Origin: Obrimoposthia wandeli
Lineage: Eukaryota
Length of the DNA stretch: 64,000 nt
Assembly (NCBI GenBank): GCA_977020255.1
Contig: CDROCS010004529.1
Span: forward strand, 1-64,000
Direction: 5' to 3'
Part shown: positions 1 through 10,590 of the stretch, piece by piece
How the letters are laid out: each line of letters begins with the position of its first letter
How positions within the stretch are numbered: position 1 is the first letter of the stretch
Position numbers and translations under genes: made by a program
Notes under the pieces: generated by a model
Database searches by the model: none
What the model was told of the DNA's origin: nothing
What the model saw: the letters and a program-made list of their open reading frames with translations, nothing else

Positions 1-85
1 ATTCACAGCAGCAGGCATTAAATTTCTCCGGTTAGTATTAATCAAACAACTCAGATTTTACTTTAAATTCTAGAATAACAGATAC

Positions 86-122
86 AAAAAAGCGCATGCC
101 ACTATCATAGCCACATGCGCTT
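86..122 (-). terminator. Rho-independent terminator downstream of tsf
   Basis: AAGCGCATG (90-98) / CATGCGCTT (114-122) stem. The A-run at 86-91 reads as a U-tract on the minus strand, 16 bp after the tsf stop. Confidence 0.75.
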
Positions 123-138
123 GAAATTACAGCAATTA

Positions 139-943
139 TTAGCTTTTCAGCTGAGCTGCCACTTCAGTAGCAAAATCAACTTCTGCAACCTCAATACCTT
201 CGCCTACTTCTAAACGAATGAAGCTGACTATTTCACCACCGGCCGCTTTCACCATTTCGCCTACCTTCTGCTCAGGATTTTTAACAAACGCCTGTTCTAT
301 CAATTTCAATAGGCTTACTCGCCATATCAGGCTGCGCCATAATGATATCTTTTTCTTTCTGCACTTCATCGGCAGGCATATCATCTTTGTTTACAACGCG
401 CGGGTTTGTCGCACTGATGTGCATAGCAACATCCTTAGCAACTTCTTGACTCGCACCTTTCACAGCAACCATTGCTGTAATACGGTTATTAGAATGCACG
501 TAAGCACCAACACATTCGCCTTCAACTATAGAGATACGACGAAGGCTGATATTTTCACCAATTTTTTGCACTAGTGCGTCACGCACAGCAACCATTTCAT
601 CAGTCATTATAACGCTAATATCAGTTGTTTTTGCAGCAAATGCTGCATCTGTAACCGTTTGAGCAAAGTTCAAGAAATTTTCTTCACGTGCTGCAAAATC
701 AGTCTCAGAGTTAACCTCAACTAACACACCGTAAGTTCCATCTTCAGCAACTTTAGCCAATACAACACCATCAGCAGCAGTACGACCAGCTTTTTTGGCT
801 GCTTTCATACCTGACGACTTACGCATTTCTTCAATTGCTTTCTCTACATCACCGTCCACAGCAGTAAGCGCTTTTTTGCACTCCATCATGCCCAAACCAG
901 TACGATCACGTAATTCTTTAACTAACTTAGCTGAAACAGCCAT
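139..943 (-). CDS. tsf: Elongation factor Ts, interrupted by an out-of-frame internal deletion at ~300/301
   Basis: [26 protein letters not shown]...EVNSETDF in ORF 281-976 (ATG at 943). The C-terminal part [14 protein letters not shown]...[11 protein letters not shown] lies in another frame (ORF 139-384). About 18 codons are missing at the junction. Confidence 0.95.
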
Positions 944-980
944 TTTATTGCCCCTTTGATTGAACCCAATCAACATTCAA

Positions 981-1007
981 AAAAAGGGGAGCACGGCTCC
1001 CCTTTTT
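981..1007 (-). terminator. Terminator/attenuator hairpin between rpsB and tsf
   Basis: AAAAAGGGGAGC-ACG-GCTCCCCTTTTT perfect stem. An rpsB-tsf intercistronic terminator is known in gammaproteobacteria. Confidence 0.8.
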
Positions 1008-1051
1008 CAATCATATAACTTAATTTGTTTTTGCAATAAACGATTTAACGT

Positions 1052-1771
1052 TTATTCTACTTCAACAAACTCGCTCTTTTCGCCTGCTGCTACTTCAGCA
1101 CCTTCAGTACAAGCATCAGCCATAGACCCAACATAAATTTGAATTGCACGTAGTGCATCATCATTACCTGGAATGATGTAATCAACACCATCTGGGTTAC
1201 TGTTGGTATCTACAACACCGATAACTGGGATACCAAGCTTGTTAGCTTCATTGATAGCAATACGTTCGTGATCAACATCGATTACGAATAATGCATCAGG
1301 TAGGCCGCCCATTTCTTTGATACCACCAATTGAACGTTCAAGCTTTTCCATTTCACGTTGACGCATCAACGCTTCTTTTTTAGTAAGCTGCGTGAAAGTT
1401 CCATCATCTGCCTGTGATTCAAGTTCACGTAAACGACGGATAGACTGGCGAATAGTCTTGTAGTTTGTCAACATACCGCCTAACCAACGGTGGTTAACAT
1501 AAGGCATACCAGCGCGACGCGCTTCTTCCTTAATGATTTTGCTCGCCGCACGCTTAGTACCAACGAACAAGATCTTGTTTTTGTTGCCAGCCATGTTCTT
1601 AACAATGCTTAGAGAATCATTTAACGCAGGAAGCGTATGCTCTAAGTTAATGATATGAATCTTGTTACGTGCACCGAAGATGAACTGGTTCATCTTTGGG
1701 TTCCAGTAACGAGTTTGGTGACCAAAATGTACGCCTGCCTTTAGCAGTTCACGCATTGTAACTTGTGCCAT
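1052..1771 (-). CDS. rpsB: 30S ribosomal protein S2
   Basis: [46 protein letters not shown] motifs. The start is reassigned to the ATG at 1771. Confidence 0.99.
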   Translation of the reverse strand: MAQVTMRELLKAGVHFGHQTRYWNPKMNQFIFGARNKIHIINLEHTLPALNDSLSIVKNMAGNKNKILFVGTKRAASKIIKEEARRAGMPYVNHRWLGGMLTNYKTIRQSIRRLRELESQADDGTFTQLTKKEALMRQREMEKLERSIGGIKEMGGLPDALFVIDVDHERIAINEANKLGIPVIGVVDTNSNPDGVDYIIPGNDDALRAIQIYVGSMADACTEGAEVAAGEKSEFVEVE

Positions 1772-1905
1772 TGTATCTTTTCCTTTAAGTTTTGGGTTCG
1801 ACGTCCACACATCCCATATACTAACCTTCGACTAATTTCCAAGGCACCCAGTAGATGTGACGATGTGTGTGTGATTTTCCCAAGTAATAGCCTATCTATT
1901 CTCGG
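1772..1905 (-). ncRNA. rpsB 5' leader (t44 RNA / S2 autoregulatory element)
   Basis: The minus strand reads CACACACACATCGTCACAT...GGGTGCC...TATGGGATGTGTGGACGTCGAACCCAAAAC, matching the conserved blocks of the gammaproteobacterial rpsB leader. Confidence 0.85.
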
Positions 1906-1920
1906 GCGCACTTTATAACA
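1903..1920 (-). promoter_or_regulatory. rpsB extended -10 promoter with GC-rich discriminator
   Basis: The minus strand reads TGTTATAAAGTGCGCCCG: TGn-TATAAA followed by a GC-rich discriminator, as in E. coli rpsBp. Confidence 0.75.
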
Positions 1921-2403
1921 TAAAAAACCAGTTAAATGAAGGAAAACCTCCTATCTTGTTGATAATTTCGATACAATATATAAAGTTAACACTGACCATA
2001 AATTGCGGTTCACAAAATAAAGCTGTACTCGAAAAAATATTTTTTATTAATAATAAAGCGTTACTAAAAAGTAAGGTAACTTAGTACGAATACTTTTTAA
2101 GCCGCGATACCGCATAGAGCTAGATCGTAATATTTATTAAAATAGCAGGCTTTGAATAGACTAGACTTAAATTAGTAATTTAATTACAGGATGTTTTATA
2201 GTAATTTTGCGATAATACTCTATCATTTTATTTTTTTAATAAATTAACATTGATTTACAATTATTACTTTAAGGCGCTTTCAGGCTGCACCAATTTCGCG
2301 CTTAGTTGTATTTTTGTTTTCAAGCACACAAACAATACACTGCAACGGTTCTTTTACTGACACCTGCGCGCAGAATTCATTAGATTTAGGTTATTAAAAC
2401 ACA

Positions 2404-3174
2404 ATGGCTATATTAATTAAGACAGCTGAAGAAATCAGCAAAATGAGAATTGCTGGCAAGCTCGCAGCAGATGTACTTGAAATGATAGAAGAGCACGTCG
2501 TTACCGGCGTTACAACCAATCAGCTTAATCAAATATGTCATAACTATATCGTCGATGTACAAAAAGCAATTCCCGCCCCTTTAGACTATCACGGCTTCCC
2601 TAAATCTATTTGCACATCAGTTAACCAAGTAGTTTGCCATGGCATCCCTAACGACAAACCCTTGAAAAGCGGCGACATTATCAACATTGATATCACCGTT
2701 ATCAAAGACGGTTACCACGGCGATACTAGTAAGATGTTTTATGTAGGCAAGGTTCTTCCTCATGCAAAGCGCCTTATCGAGGTGACTCAAGAATGCCTTT
2801 ACAAAGCGATTGAATTAGTAAAGCCAGGTGCTCACTTGGGCGATTTCGGGCATGTCATTCAACAACATGCAGAAAAGCACCATTACTCTGTGGTTCGCGA
2901 ATACTGCGGCCATGGTATAGGTGCTGTTTTTCATGAAGACCCACAGGTATTACATTACGGCCGCGCTGGAACAGGCGAAGTAATAATGGAGGGAAATATC
3001 TTTACTATCGAACCTATGATCAACGCTGGAAAACGCCAAGTAAAGCTAAATAAAAAAGACGGCTGGACTGTAGAAACGAACGATAGACGCTTATCAGCTC
3101 AGTGGGAACATACTATTTTAGTGACCGCGAATGGCTCGGAAATTTTAACCAAGCGCAGTGAAGAAAGCTTTTAA
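2404..3174 (+). CDS. map: Methionine aminopeptidase type I
   Basis: FPKSICTSVNQVVCHGIP, DITVIKDGYHGDTS, GHGIG, FTIEPM, SAQWEHT motifs; divergent from rpsB. Confidence 0.98.
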   Translation: MAILIKTAEEISKMRIAGKLAADVLEMIEEHVVTGVTTNQLNQICHNYIVDVQKAIPAPLDYHGFPKSICTSVNQVVCHGIPNDKPLKSGDIINIDITVIKDGYHGDTSKMFYVGKVLPHAKRLIEVTQECLYKAIELVKPGAHLGDFGHVIQQHAEKHHYSVVREYCGHGIGAVFHEDPQVLHYGRAGTGEVIMEGNIFTIEPMINAGKRQVKLNKKDGWTVETNDRRLSAQWEHTILVTANGSEILTKRSEESF

Positions 3175-3562
3175 TCAGCACTCTTTAATTGGACACATTA
3201 CGCCTTTAGTAAGTGATAGAGCTATACAGAATAACGGTAACTTTTATCAGTAACAGGTCTTTATCGATCTAGTCATACTTATTAAATTTACCGTTACTAG
3301 TTGGCTGCATATAACAACGCTCGTTTGACTCCATTTTTTAAGACCAATTGTGACAAATAATTAATCTGTAAACTATTTATACGAGTAGCAATGCTTAATA
3401 TATAAAACTGAGAATGGACTCAACATACATGCCATTTTAGGTAAAAACCTTGCTTTTTAACCCCATCACCACACTCAATTATCGGTTTTTTTTGCTGAGT
3501 CGTACAAAAGACTCTCGTATCTAAATTTGCATTATTGGCATTACCCAACGGGAAGATAAATC

Positions 3563-6268
3563 ATGGCTCAATCTCTAGCCCAACAAATTGATATCAGTTT
3601 GTTTTTTAACTTCAAGCAATTTCAACAACAACTAATTGATTGCAAACAGCCTATCCCAGTTTTTAAGCAAGCCTTGAATGATATGCGCATTAACATGGAT
3701 CGCGAGTTTAAAGCCGGCATTGCCATTCAAAAGCTGATTTATGGGCGCTCGCAAATTTTAGATTTACTTATCACTAGTGCTTGGCAACTTTTCACATGGC
3801 CTAGCTCTGGGCATGTATCTTTAATTGCCGTTGGCGGTTTTGGGCGCGGTGAATTACATCCTCATTCCGATATTGATCTACTCATACTCTTTAACGATAT
3901 TGATCCAGAATCTTACCAACAGAGTATCAGTCAATTTCTAACCCTCCTCTGGGATATTAAACTTGACGTTAGTTCAAGTGTTCGCTCTATTGAAGAATGC
4001 CTTGAACAATCAAAATTGGATTTGACGATAGCCACCAATTTAATTGAATCAAGAACAATAACCGGCAGCAAAGAGCTTCGCGAAAGAATGTATAAATTAG
4101 TAGCTTCTGAGCAAGCATGGAGCGCTAAAGATTTTTTAATAGGCAAGTCAGCAGAACAAAAAAGTCGTCATCAACGCACCAATAACACGGAATACAACTT
4201 AGAGCCAAACATCAAGAACTCTCCTGGGGGCCTACGAGATATTCATACTATAGGCTGGGTAGCTAAACGCTATTTTGCAGTTAACTTGCTCGACGACCTA
4301 GTCAAACACGAGTTCATCTCCGCTTCCGAGTTAAAGATTCTTAATAACGGACAGCATTATCTGTGGAAGATACGCTATGCACTCCACATGATGAATAACA
4401 AAAAAGAAGATCGGCTACTGCTTGATCACCAACGAAGTCTCGCTGATTTTTTTGGCTACAAAGATCAAAAAGGTAAACTTGCTGTCGAGCAATTCATGGA
4501 AAGATACTACCGTATAGCAATGCAGATGACCGGTTTTAACGATATCTTGCTGCAATATTTTGAAGAAAGCCTTAACGAGCATTTACCAAGCGACATTCAA
4601 ACCATTAACAATCGCTTTAACCTTCACAATAATTTTTTAGCGGTATCTCATGACAAAGTATTCAAGTATCAACCTTTTGCACTTATGGAACTGTTTGTGC
4701 TACTCGCTCAAGACCGCAGCATTGCAGGTGTTAGAGCCTCAACTATTAGACTTATCAGAGAGCACTGGCATTTAATCGACGATGATTTTCGTTCAGACAT
4801 CCGCAATATCAGCTTATTCATGGAACTTCTCAGACAACAAGACGGCGTTTCGACTGAGCTAAAGCGCATGATTCGTTATGGCATATTAGGCCGGTATTTA
4901 CCTGAGTTTGGTCGAATTGTCGGGCAAATGCAGCATGACTTATTCCATATTTATACTGTGGATGCACATACTGTTAAAGTCATTAGAAAATGCCGCCAAT
5001 TCAGACACCCCGAGCATAAAGAACAGTTTCCTATCGCCCACGCTGTAGTTAATCAATTACCTAAAATTGAGCTACTATATATCGCAGCTCTTTATCATGA
5101 TATAGGCAAAGGCAGAGGCGGCGATCACTCGGAACTAGGTGCATTGGATGCACTAGAGTTTTGTAAAACACACCGTTTGGGCAAATGGGATTCACAGTTA
5201 ATTGCGTGGCTAGTGCGCAGTCATTTGCTTATGTCAATGACAGCACAACGCAAAGACATTTCAGATCCTGAAATCATTCAAACCTTTGCCGAACATGTTG
5301 GAGACGTTACCCATTTAGATTATTTGTATGCATTAACGGTTGCTGACATCAACGCCACTAACAATAAGCTATGGAACAACTGGCGCGCCTCTTTAATGCG
5401 CCAATTATATAGCGAAACAAAAATCGCCCTTAAACGTGGTCTAGACAACCCTGTAAACCGCCAAGACCTTATAGAGCAAGTACAGCAAGAAGCACTTGAA
5501 ATACTTTCTACTGGTAATTTAGACCCCCAGAAAATTGAAAACTTATGGGCATCTGTTAGCGAGGATTACTTTATCCACGAGAGTGCGAAGAATATCGCTT
5601 GGCACACTAAAGCAATAATAGAAAGTCCTGCCGCGTTTAAAACAGTAGTGCTAATTAAGAAAACCTCATTGAGGCTATATGAAGGCGCATCGGAAGTATT
5701 TATCTACACGAAAAATGCTGATAATCTATTTGCCGTCACTGTCGCCACGGTCGATCAGCTATCCCTAAGCATACAAGATGCACGCATTTACCAAACACAG
5801 AGCGACTATGCTTTCAGCAGTTATACGATTTTAACACAAGAAAATAAATCTATACCTGATAATGAAAAAAACCTACAACTGATAAAAAGAACTATTGTTA
5901 AACAGCTTTCTAGCCCTAAGAAATATTCGTCTATTATCCGACGTAGAGTTAGCCGACAAATGAAATTATTTTCTATCCCCAGTAAAGTGAAATTCAGTAC
6001 TGATCCAAGTTTTAATTACACTCTGGTAGAAATAATATCTCCTGACAGACCCGGTCTTCTAGCGCTCATTGGCGAAGTTTTTGCCACTCACAATATTATT
6101 GTTTGCAAGGCTAAAATGTCTGTTGTTGGCGAGCATGTAGTCGATCTTTTCTTTATAACTGATTGCACCGGTGCACTAGTGGAAGATCCTGAGTTTATCT
6201 ATTTATTACAATGCGAGATCTGCAAACAACTGGACAAACATATCAGCGCCGCATTACAAACCATCTAG
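3563..6268 (+). CDS. glnD: Bifunctional uridylyltransferase/uridylyl-removing enzyme
   Basis: AVGGFGRGELHPHSDIDLL NTase motif, YNLEPNIKNSPGGLRD, HD motif (HIYTVDAH...LYHDIGKG) and C-terminal ACT domains; follows map. Confidence 0.97.
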   Translation: MAQSLAQQIDISLFFNFKQFQQQLIDCKQPIPVFKQALNDMRINMDREFKAGIAIQKLIYGRSQILDLLITSAWQLFTWPSSGHVSLIAVGGFGRGELHPHSDIDLLILFNDIDPESYQQSISQFLTLLWDIKLDVSSSVRSIEECLEQSKLDLTIATNLIESRTITGSKELRERMYKLVASEQAWSAKDFLIGKSAEQKSRHQRTNNTEYNLEPNIKNSPGGLRDIHTIGWVAKRYFAVNLLDDLVKHEFISASELKILNNGQHYLWKIRYALHMMNNKKEDRLLLDHQRSLADFFGYKDQKGKLAVEQFMERYYRIAMQMTGFNDILLQYFEESLNEHLPSDIQTINNRFNLHNNFLAVSHDKVFKYQPFALMELFVLLAQDRSIAGVRASTIRLIREHWHLIDDDFRSDIRNISLFMELLRQQDGVSTELKRMIRYGILGRYLPEFGRIVGQMQHDLFHIYTVDAHTVKVIRKCRQFRHPEHKEQFPIAHAVVNQLPKIELLYIAALYHDIGKGRGGDHSELGALDALEFCKTHRLGKWDSQLIAWLVRSHLLMSMTAQRKDISDPEIIQTFAEHVGDVTHLDYLYALTVADINATNNKLWNNWRASLMRQLYSETKIALKRGLDNPVNRQDLIEQVQQEALEILSTGNLDPQKIENLWASVSEDYFIHESAKNIAWHTKAIIESPAAFKTVVLIKKTSLRLYEGASEVFIYTKNADNLFAVTVATVDQLSLSIQDARIYQTQSDYAFSSYTILTQENKSIPDNEKNLQLIKRTIVKQLSSPKKYSSIIRRRVSRQMKLFSIPSKVKFSTDPSFNYTLVEIISPDRPGLLALIGEVFATHNIIVCKAKMSVVGEHVVDLFFITDCTGALVEDPEFIYLLQCEICKQLDKHISAALQTI

Positions 6269-6312
6269 CATAACTAATTAATTATTATAACGAGATAAAG
6301 AGAGTAATTAAA

Positions 6313-6612
6313 ATGGACCATAAAACACAAACCCAAATAGAAGCAGCGGCTTTTAGACGCTTACTCGAGCACTTAGATTCACGTAAAGATGCTCAAAATA
6401 TTGACTTAATGATACTCGCAGGCTTTTGCCGCAACTGCCTTTCAAAATGGTATGCTAGTGCTGCTACTGAACATGGAGAGACAGTAAACTACGAACAAGC
6501 CAGAGAAATCATTTATAAAGAGCCTTACGCTACTTGGAAAGACAAGCATCAGCTGCCTGCAACTGCAGAGCAAAAAGCAGCTTTTGATATAGCATTTGCA
6601 AAGAAAGATTAA
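6313..6612 (+). CDS. DUF1244 family protein
   Basis: IEAAAFRRLLEHL...QNIDLMILAGFCRNCLSKWY signature. Confidence 0.85.
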   Translation: MDHKTQTQIEAAAFRRLLEHLDSRKDAQNIDLMILAGFCRNCLSKWYASAATEHGETVNYEQAREIIYKEPYATWKDKHQLPATAEQKAAFDIAFAKKD

Positions 6613-6754
6613 TTTGAACTGGGAATTACTAGTCGCTCAAGTCACACATTGATAAGCACTGATCTAGTAAGCTTTAAGACATTACTGTGTTGTGTTTTCG
6701 TTATCAAGCTCTACAACAACCGACCTAGCTCGGTCCCCCGGCACACTTCTTTGC

Positions 6755-6789
6755 ATAAACTCAGTATTTATCTTTAATACTGAGTTTAT
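6755..6789. terminator. Bidirectional terminator-like hairpin between convergent genes
   Basis: ATAAACTCAGTATT / AATACTGAGTTTAT 14-bp perfect stem. Confidence 0.65.
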
Positions 6790-6814
6790 TTCAATTTTTG
6801 AACTGCTATTTAGA

Positions 6815-7486
6815 TTACTGATTATCGATGTATTCTTTGGCATCAAAACTGCGAATCCAATCTGGGTGATAAGTCATAATGGCCGTTAATAACATACCAT
6901 TTAACAGCCCTTCAGGAAAAATAGTCAGCACGATAATGGTAATAATATCCTGCTGGATCTTCAACCAAGAATAAACTTCATTTAAACCTAATATAGCCGC
7001 TACAGCACAGCCAGTGAAAACAGCTGTTAATCCTGCACAAAAAAACCCACAACAAAACATAAAGATAAAAAAGTTTTTCGGAAGCTTATTCGAAACGATA
7101 TGTAAAACTATTTTGGCCACCGCGACAGGCAAAAGAATTGTTATAATGCCATTGGCAGCTATGTTGGATCCACTATCTCCAGAAATAGTATGCAACCCAA
7201 CCAATACGATACTTGCACAAACCACCGCTAAATCCCAGCCGAGTATAAGCGTTAATGCAGTCATTCCTAATAAGTGAATTCTCACTCCATCTATAAGGTC
7301 CGCTTGAATACTCCAAATAATCATGAGCACGACCGTCGTGCCAAAGCACAGATGTTGTAAACCAATGTTACTTTTTAATTTTCTCCAAGGCGAACAGTAA
7401 CAGGCGTAAAAAAAAGCCAGCGCATAAACCACATTAAACAGATAAAAACTAAAGCCGCTTAAAACGGGTGAACTCAGGCTAATCAT
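6815..7486 (-). CDS. Energy-coupling factor (CbiM-like) membrane protein
   Basis: Multi-TM protein with QHLCFG...IHLLGMTALTLILG...FPEGLLNGM...HPDW; same position downstream of rimI as in pseudomonads. Confidence 0.7.
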   Translation of the reverse strand: MISLSSPVLSGFSFYLFNVVYALAFFYACYCSPWRKLKSNIGLQHLCFGTTVVLMIIWSIQADLIDGVRIHLLGMTALTLILGWDLAVVCASIVLVGLHTISGDSGSNIAANGIITILLPVAVAKIVLHIVSNKLPKNFFIFMFCCGFFCAGLTAVFTGCAVAAILGLNEVYSWLKIQQDIITIIVLTIFPEGLLNGMLLTAIMTYHPDWIRSFDAKEYIDNQ

Positions 7487-7994
7487 TGTGCTTTACAGCC
7501 GTTAGATTCAAACTGTAAAGCAGAGCATCTTCCCTTTTACCATTGTCTTTTTTACTGGGATAATAACGTTTACGAGTACCCTCTAAGATAAAACCCATTT
7601 TCTCGTATAGCTCAATAGCATGTAGATTAGATTCATTAACTTCTAGCATAATCCTGCTAATATTCTGCTCTACTAAGTATTTTTCCGTCTTGGTTATTAA
7701 CGTCCGGCCAATGCCTTGATGCTGATATTTTGGATTAACTGCTACTTGTAAGATTTCAGCCTCCTCAAACAATAACCGATAAAAAATAAAACCCAATAGC
7801 TTGCATTGCGAACCCTCAGACGCTAATTCATTCGCCGTTTCAATCACTGCAAAGCTAAGGCTTTTCACACTTGCTAACTGTTGTTTTATTTGAGATTCGC
7901 TCCAATAAGGCGTAAAACTCAGTTTCTGTATTGCGTTTAACTCATTTATTATAAGCGCTGAAGGCTGCGCGGCTAGTAGCGTTAATTTGCTCAT
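7479..7994 (-). CDS. rimI: Ribosomal protein S18 alanine N-acetyltransferase
   Basis: GNAT motifs EAEILQVAVNPKYQHQGIG, LEVNESNLHAIELYEKMGF, RKRYY, REDA. The start may be the ATG at 7994 or the TTG at 8012. Confidence 0.88.
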   Translation of the reverse strand: MSKLTLLAAQPSALIINELNAIQKLSFTPYWSESQIKQQLASVKSLSFAVIETANELASEGSQCKLLGFIFYRLLFEEAEILQVAVNPKYQHQGIGRTLITKTEKYLVEQNISRIMLEVNESNLHAIELYEKMGFILEGTRKRYYPSKKDNGKREDALLYSLNLTAVKHND

Positions 7995-8001
7995 TGAAAT
8001 G

Positions 8002-9045
8002 TCATTTAACAATAGGTGAAGGCTGAATAGAGGGGTTCATTATCTTTTGCAAATCTACCCATACTTCTTTTTTACAGCCGGGCACATTCAACATTTGCGT
8101 TAAACTGTAAGTACTAATTGCCTTAGTTTGTGTACGTAACGAAAAAACAATACCCCGTAAGGCGTCAAAATCATCTTCCACAGCCATGATCATTTGCGCC
8201 GCTGACTCACCCAACATAAGCACTAAACTAGGCGTATAATTTTGTAATATCTTTGCAAGTTTATGTTGTACAGCTGAAACCGCCTGATCCCAGCCCTGAT
8301 CAATGCTTACTCCCGCTAAAGTAGGCCAATTCAATACATAAGGCTGAGTATCAAAGCCGATTCTCTGACTGTCTAATTTCATAGCTTTAATCATATTGGT
8401 TAATAACTGTTCATATTCAGTTGAAGCTAAAGTACCTCTTGTTTGCGTTGGCAGTGAATCCACAATGAGCACATCTTTATATTGCCAAAACATTAAACGC
8501 ATTACTGGCGCTTCTTTTAGACTACTGCTCACCAGCGGTATATGACGAGGCATACTATTGGCGTTTTCACTTTTAGCCGAGCTTATTTCAGGTTGATCTG
8601 CAGGTGAATATTCAGCAGTATTAGGGCCTACAAGCTCTTCATGTATAACAGGTAGATGAGTAACAGTATCTCGTGCTGTTTGCTGTGCAATCAACAATGA
8701 ACTGTTATCTAATAATTCAGCAGATATAGGAGCATTGGCAGATAATACCGGATCAACAAGAGGCTTCTGGTTATTAATTAAAGAGTCAGATAGAGATCTA
8801 GCGGGATTTAAAGCTGCTGTATTGTGTTGCAATGTATGCTTATTAATTGGCACACTTTCGTTTCTGCTAACTTGTGGATTAACTTGCACACCCGTCTTTA
8901 CAATATTTTTTTCAATGACACCTTCATTATAAATGAAATCAGCTTTCCAATTAGGTGATTCTGCAGCAGTTAAATCACACCTTGAAAGCCAACTAGTAAT
9001 ACCCATTACTGCTAAATACTGATGCCTTAGTTGCTGTTGTTGCAT
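8002..9045 (-). CDS. holD: Putative divergent DNA polymerase III psi subunit (Pseudomonas-type HolD-like)
   Basis: N-terminal RHQYLAVMGITSWLSR resembles the psi motif RDWQLQQLGITQW. The gene lies immediately upstream of rimI, as holD does, and has a long low-complexity linker. Confidence 0.55.
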   Translation of the reverse strand: MQQQQLRHQYLAVMGITSWLSRCDLTAAESPNWKADFIYNEGVIEKNIVKTGVQVNPQVSRNESVPINKHTLQHNTAALNPARSLSDSLINNQKPLVDPVLSANAPISAELLDNSSLLIAQQTARDTVTHLPVIHEELVGPNTAEYSPADQPEISSAKSENANSMPRHIPLVSSSLKEAPVMRLMFWQYKDVLIVDSLPTQTRGTLASTEYEQLLTNMIKAMKLDSQRIGFDTQPYVLNWPTLAGVSIDQGWDQAVSAVQHKLAKILQNYTPSLVLMLGESAAQMIMAVEDDFDALRGIVFSLRTQTKAISTYSLTQMLNVPGCKKEVWVDLQKIMNPSIQPSPIVK

Positions 9046-9435
9046 TTAACCTGCCCTACTCGTTAATTAGAAGCTAGTTTAACTATTAACGCCGATGCTG
9101 ACTAGTGAATATATCGTTTACGCTATACAAGCAAGGTACACATTGTGCAATCAAAGTTGTACTATCAATTTTGTTACGAGCTTCTCAGCTTATGCCTGCC
9201 TGCAACCTCAATTTATTACTAATTATTATCCGCATATTTTTTTATTATTTTCAGCATATTCAAAAAACAATTTATACCCAATACCTGACTGTTACGAATA
9301 CACTTTTATAACGATGGATATAAATATAAACTAGTATCTATTAAGCAGCTTATGCATGGCATTACTCTTTATTCATGTAGCAAACTGCTAACAATAAATA
9401 ATCGTTAATTCAAGTGACTTAAGGATCTTACGCGC

Positions 9436-10590
9436 ATGTCTGCAATCAACTTTGATCAACCTATAAATAGACGCAACACTCACAGCACCAAATGGGAACG
9501 CTACAGTGATGAATCTATTTTACCAATGTGGGTAGCAGATACTGATTTTAAGGCGCCCTCAGCTATTACCGAAGCTCTAAGGGAACGCATTGAACATGGT
9601 GTATTTGGCTATACTTCAGTTCCTGCTGAATTAAACCAAACTATTATTGAACGCATGCAGCGCGAATATAACTGGGAAATCAAAGAGGATTGGATCGTTT
9701 GGTTACCTGGATTAGTCTGTGCGTTAAACCTTGCTTGCAGAACCGCAGCGCCTACCGGAGGAACAGCCTTAACCCCATCACCTATATACCCTCCTTTTGT
9801 ATCAGCTCCGCACCTTTCAGGCTTACAAGTGTCCCAAATTCCAATGAAGCTAAATGGTGATCGATGGATAATTGATTCCGCAGTTTTAGAGCAGCAAATA
9901 ACGGCTGATACTAAAATTTTATTGTTTTGCAACCCACACAACCCCGGCGGAACCGTTTATTCCTTTGAAGAACTTAAGGTAATTGCTGATATTGTCGTCA
10001 AGCATAACCTTATTTTGTGTTCGGATGAGATTCACTGTGATTTGTTATTAGACAAACAACTACGCCATATACCAATAGCTTCTCTTAACGATGAAATTGC
10101 CAAGCGTTGCGTAACTTTAATGGCTCCGAGCAAAACATTTAACATTGCAGGTCTAGGCTGTTCATTTGCAATTATAGCTGATGCTGATATCCGCAAAAAA
10201 TTCAATCGAGTACGAAATGGAATAGTACCTAGCGCCAATTTGCTAGGCTATACAGCCACATATGCAGCTTACACCCAAGGAGAACAATGGCTTGAAGCAC
10301 AGCTTGAATATTTTCGCCAAAACCATGATTATTTAATGCGTGAAATTAACGCTATTCCAGGCCTAAAGATGCTACCAAATCAGGCGACTTATTTAGCTTG
10401 GATTGATGTTTCAGCTGCTAAATTAGACAACCCTGCATTATTCTTTGAAGAAGCTGGGGTTGGTCTTTCACCCGGTAGAGATTTTGGTGACAACAATTAC
10501 GTTAGAATGAATTTTGGCTGCACCAAGAGTTTAGTGGAAGAAGCTGTTAATCGTATGCGAAGCGCTTTATTAAACTATCTTCCAGTATGA
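9436..10590 (+). CDS. MalY/PatB family PLP-dependent C-S lyase (cystathionine beta-lyase)
   Basis: LPMWVADTDF, CNPHNPGG, SDEIH and APSKTFNIAGL (PLP lysine) motifs. Confidence 0.9.
   Translation: MSAINFDQPINRRNTHSTKWERYSDESILPMWVADTDFKAPSAITEALRERIEHGVFGYTSVPAELNQTIIERMQREYNWEIKEDWIVWLPGLVCALNLACRTAAPTGGTALTPSPIYPPFVSAPHLSGLQVSQIPMKLNGDRWIIDSAVLEQQITADTKILLFCNPHNPGGTVYSFEELKVIADIVVKHNLILCSDEIHCDLLLDKQLRHIPIASLNDEIAKRCVTLMAPSKTFNIAGLGCSFAIIADADIRKKFNRVRNGIVPSANLLGYTATYAAYTQGEQWLEAQLEYFRQNHDYLMREINAIPGLKMLPNQATYLAWIDVSAAKLDNPALFFEEAGVGLSPGRDFGDNNYVRMNFGCTKSLVEEAVNRMRSALLNYLPV

Noticed and set aside
281-320. Programmed +1 frameshift or ribosomal hop in tsf
   Set aside because: About 18 conserved codons are missing from the DNA, so recoding could not restore the protein, and no slippery site is evident.
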